Assembly (NCBI GenBank): GCA_054600435.1
Contig: BAAIJX010000042.1
Span: 124,001 to 188,000 of the forward strand
Reading direction: 5' to 3'
From: Neophaeotheca triangularis
Lineage: Eukaryota
Length of the DNA: 64,000 nucleotides
Positions 59,781 through 64,000 of the stretch are shown in pieces; the first letter of the stretch is position 1, and each line of letters begins with the position of its first letter. A model generated the notes under the pieces. That model ran no database searches, was not told the origin of the DNA, and was given only the letters and a program-made list of their open reading frames with translations. A program made the translations under genes and the position numbers.

Positions 59781-60115
59781 GGTGTCTGGTTCAATGTTTG
59801 CGACTAAGTTGTTTTAATTGAGGTGACTCTCTGAGATGGAAATGTTAGGGACCGTAAATTAACAGAGTCTTTGTCCATGATGGCCATTGTGAGCCCGCCA
59901 ACCGGATCCGGAGATGGTCATCGATTCCTTTGTTCGCTTGCCATGTTGGGCCTCACTATTTTGATTTAGCCGTACGCGGTAGCACTCGGCATCCGCAATG
60001 CAAATTGAAGCTATTCATGTCATTCATGAGATGATGTTGAATAAAACCCGTGCGCAACGCCAGCTGATTGGTAAAGAATTGAAACGAAAGACACAACACT
60101 AGCTAAACAAATCAA

Positions 60116-61789
60116 CTACATGTCCGGCATCACCATCCCCTGAGCATACTTGGGCGACTCCCAAAGCAAGAACGGCACGGCAAAATGTTCATCAGGCTTC
60201 TTGAATGGATCGAATTCCAAAGCCGGACCCGATCTCATGCCCCTGCCAAGATTGCGACCAGACTCATCCACACAAACCTCAATGTATTGAACCAGCTGGG
60301 AGGCTAAGGGTCTCTGAGCGGGATCCCACTTGACGCATTTGATCACCGCTTCAACAAGCTCCCTGGAATACTTACCCGGGAAGGGCTCGACCCAGTCTTG
60401 GCGTTTGCTGAGGTCATCTGGGTCGTAGTCGCGAACTCCGTAATGGGGTCTTCTGAGCTGCATGAGTCTAGCCATGATAGCTCCGATTCCCCAGATGTTT
60501 GACTTTGGGGACTTGTGATCTTGTCAGTGCCTGCATGTCGTGCGCGATTTCAGTGCGGACGACTGAAAATCGGATGACTTACAATTTCAAATGCCGCCTC
60601 GGTCACGGGCAGCCTGCCGTTCTTGATCAAATCTGATTCCGGGGGTATCCAGTTGGGCGTACCAACCATACCCGTCCAGCGCTCAGGATTGTCGGGATTC
60701 ATACGCGGAATGATGAAACAACGATCAAAATCCGCCATGAGCGCCTCCGGGTAAGACTTCCACTTGTCGTTATCGACTCGATCACCGAGAAAGATGTTCG
60801 AGTCTTTGAGATCGTTGTGTACGATTCCTTCCCTGTTACATTGGTCAGTGCTGAAAAAGGAATTGTCATAATCTTCGACTTACCACCAAGTAGAACTCAA
60901 AGTCCGTGTGAGGGCGCCTTGCTCGAAAACGAGGCAGGCCTTTGCCAAGCTCTCAAACGTGGCCCATAGAAAAGGTTCAGGCAACCACCATGCAGGATCC
61001 GCTGGCGGTGGATCTTCAGGTTCGGTCTTGTTGAATTTGCGCCGGTAGTAATTGACGACTCCAGACAGGTCTCCATACCTATACCAAGGCATCAGGTAGC
61101 GGTAGTGTCGGGTATCGATATCCAAAGGCGTCATGCTGAGCAGTTGCACAAGCCCTTCTTTCTCCTTTGAATCGTAGACGAGTTGCAGCACCTTCATCTC
61201 GACCGGAGTCCGGTTCAATTCTTCGTTAAAATCTCCGTACCAGAATTTGTCGTCGAACCACATCCAATTGGGAAGGAAGCAGTCTTTGCACACGATGCGG
61301 TTTCCAATCCTTCCATTCTCATCAGGCTGGATGTACAAGGACGTGATGTTCACGTTCGTCGACAGATGGTAACCGCCGACCCAAGACCCATCCATTTCAA
61401 CAGGTTTGTTGTCGAGAGCCATCGCAAGCCTTTCTTCCACGACCAAATCCGGCTTTTCTGCCGGACCCATCGCTCCACCGAAGAAGTCATCTGCTGCCGC
61501 AAGAAACCCTTCCTCGGCTCCTTCTTCTCCCGGTGGAATGAATTCTGGCTCGTCTTCCGGGCGAAACTCGGCGAACTCTGCGTCAAAGTCGGGGGTTTCT
61601 GCTGGCACAAACGGGATCTTGGTCTTCGGCACAAATGGGATCTTCGTTTTCTTCGCAGACGATGACCGGTCATCCATACCTCCCATTCCAACGTCGCCCG
61701 AGGCGCCTGGTATAAGGTGTTAGCTCAGAGTGAACTTGGTGAAGCGGGGCCTGATTGATCTCACTTTTGCGTTTCGGTCGTCCAGTCAT
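60116..61789 (-). CDS. Divergent protein kinase-like, copy 2 (3 introns)
   Basis: WVGGYHL, IVCKD, YGDL, LPEPFLWATF, HNDLKDSNIFL, ADFD, GTPNWIPPES, SNIWGIG, CVKWDPAQRP. Exons join in frame via GT-AG introns near 61707-61764, 60833-60883 and 60512-60581. Confidence 0.82.
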
Positions 61790-63558
61790 GGTGATAAAAC
61801 AAACAATGGTTCTGAATGGTTGTGGTGTCACGGAGAAGTTGTGCGAATGAAAAGAACCTCAAGGTCCAGATACGAGCTCAAGTCCATCGTCGCTGGCCTT
61901 TGTCAATGTCCTAACTTCCGCTTTCGGTGAAGGGTCGAGACCTCTTTGTTGTCGACAAAGCACTTCCGCCGTGCATGGAAGGCGAATAACCTGGACAATG
62001 CTTTTCGTTGGATCTATTCTGCGTCTCGACCACCATGCAGTGGTTTGCTACAATGCTCGATCAATTTCATTTTGGCAACCGTAGGTCGATCGATTCTGTG
62101 CTCAAGGCTCAGACTCACGGACCAAATGCTCGTATCACTCCCATTGAGGCTTTTCATTCGATGTACTGTTACCGGAGCTGCTTCATGTGCAGTAAGTTGA
62201 GACTTGCCGTCTCTTGTGGTGTTCCCGTCGGTAGGTTCGAGGCGGACCGGGGCATTGAGCGAGTCTTTCCAGTGCTGGGATCGTTCAGCGCACAGCATCC
62301 TGACACGAGACGCACACTGCTGTCTGGCAATCCGCTCATCCATCTCCTACAAATTTCGCCTATTTTTCCTGGTCCCCCATGATGTCGTTTGATGCCTCTG
62401 CACAGCTCATAGCCTCCGTTGAGGGAGCCTTGTCGGCACCCACAGCGCTGCGTTTTGAGGCCGACTCCGTGGGCCACAACAAGCAAGTCGTTTCCTACTA
62501 GCCTTTCGTACTGGTGATTTGACCTGGACACGCAGAGATTCAAGGCATTCTATAGCGATTTGTTGTCGTTAGATATACCGTCGTGAAATGGCAAAAACGA
62601 TCATGTATCTGCCGCGAGAAATCCGCCAAGCTTCCGGGGCGACCAAAGCGCTCTGATTGGCTCCACGAAAACCGCGCTAGTGCAAAGCCGGATTTTGAAT
62701 CCCGGCGAGCAAGAAGCGAGATTAGGTCACGGCCGCCTTTGCTCGACGAGTTGGAGTTGCTGGCTTCAACAGAGGCAGGCGGTCAATCTCTCGTCCTGAG
62801 GCCCTTTTCAATGCTGAGACAACTGTCCGGTAGCTAGGAAACGGCCTAAGATGACTGTTCTCGGCGAAGACAAGGCAAGAAAAAATACCGCTACCGGCAA
62901 TCTATCAACGCTTTGCAGAACCCTCAAAGCCAACACCTTGGATATCTCGTGTTCACCTCACTTCACTTCTTGTCGCGGGCGAAAGTATTGTCGTACTCTT
63001 CCCTCTACCATGCTTCTTATTCCTCCTGAGCTCCCTCTCTTCCCTATTTCTCTTTCTACTTTGTCTTCCCATCGAATCCCAGAGCATACTCCTTACAGTG
63101 GTCACAGCAAGCACAAGCTCCACTTTTGCAAGAGCGCCCTTTCTCGTTCCCACACCAACATTCGGCACCGTTGACCAACACAACCTTTACAGTCTTGGTA
63201 CCGTAATCCACAAGAGCGGCGATTTAAGTACCGGCTTGCCCCAACTCACGAGCCTCCAGCTATTTGTGAAATCCCCGCGACTTATCAAGAAATTTCTCGA
63301 CAGACCGCTCGCGACGGTTGATCTTGCTGACGCTTTCCGCTTTCTTCTCCGAGAGGCTGGACTGCGAGAGGTTGACAACCTCTTCAGCGTGTTTCCGATT
63401 GCCCCCGTGTCTCAATCAAGACATGCGCAGTTTGCGCATGGCTTTGTGTGGGTGGAAAATTTTGTTCGGCCAAGGAGTCACGGGCGGCCGATCTGAGCCT
63501 ATCTGGGTCCAGGAGAAGCTTGGTGAGAGATGCTTCATTCGTAGATGCAAGAGTCGTT

Positions 63559-64000
63559 TCAGGATGCATGCTTCTCGGCGTATTTCTCTTCGCGGCGCTT
63601 GATGTATTGATCAACAGAGATGCCCTTTTCGGCAGCACGCTTGGCGTATCCCTTGAACTTCTCCGATGAAATGCTGCTCTTCTGGATCTTAGGAGTCGGC
63701 GCCAGCTTCTCGTCTATTCCGGCTTTCTGTTTCTTCTTTGCAGCTGACTTCTTGGACGTCTTCCCGTCCTTGGCCTCGTGTTTCGCTTCTTTATGGGCCA
63801 ATTTTGCCTTCTTCACTGCGCGCTTCTCTTCCTTTTCTCTCTCCTTCTCCGCCTTTATCGTTTGCTCCTCCGTCGATTGTTCCAGTCTACGACGTGCGCG
63901 GTTGTCCTTTGGCTGATCCTCACGTTTACGCTTGCGGTCTGTCTGCTTGCTTGCACCAGATGGCGCTTCTCTGGGGTGCTTCATGAGGTGCATCCTGGCC
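63559..64000 (-). CDS. Lys/Glu-rich protein, 3' part only (5' end beyond the window)
   Basis: Open frame with KEKE-type low complexity and YAKRAAEKGISVDQYIKRREEK. Function cannot be assigned. Confidence 0.55.
   Translation of the reverse strand, partial: ARMHLMKHPREAPSGASKQTDRKRKREDQPKDNRARRRLEQSTEEQTIKAEKEREKEEKRAVKKAKLAHKEAKHEAKDGKTSKKSAAKKKQKAGIDEKLAPTPKIQKSSISSEKFKGYAKRAAEKGISVDQYIKRREEKYAEKHAS

Noticed and set aside
62950..63558. Stop-interrupted charged and Cys-rich frame continuing past the last ORF
   Set aside because: Several stops and no recognisable homology; cannot be distinguished from noise by eye.

Overview
Intron-containing, gene-dense DNA from a filamentous ascomycete. Introns are short GT-AG with CTRAC/CTAAC branch sites; the lineage-expanded kinase and F-box-like families suggest Dothideomycetes (inference). 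I can support about 23 intact or window-truncated protein-coding genes and 2 disrupted ones. Housekeeping loci: a bHLH factor, a C2/MUN protein, Trk K+ transporter, spartin-like protein, Gid2/Rmd5, Stb6-like, Noc2, Vps28, Efm2, UPF0658, mitochondrial LysRS, PP4R2 and three MFS transporters. These flank an accessory-looking block at about 21.8-37.6 kb: GH45 endoglucanase, a GH11 xylanase broken by one frameshift, sulfide:quinone oxidoreductase, a long-chain acyl-CoA synthetase head-to-head with a type III PKS, a dead/live pair of unknown-family paralogs, and an old ORF-poor tandem array of about 8 x ~200-240 bp. Other notable signals: an apparent U2-type AT-AC intron in an MFS gene, a long intergenic hairpin whose core-stem mismatches are all G-U, a tandem pair of divergent kinases, and repeated C-rich to G-rich skew switches that ignore gene orientation. 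No CRISPR array, rRNA, intact tRNA or intact transposase was found. All gene models and family assignments were made by eye without database searches.
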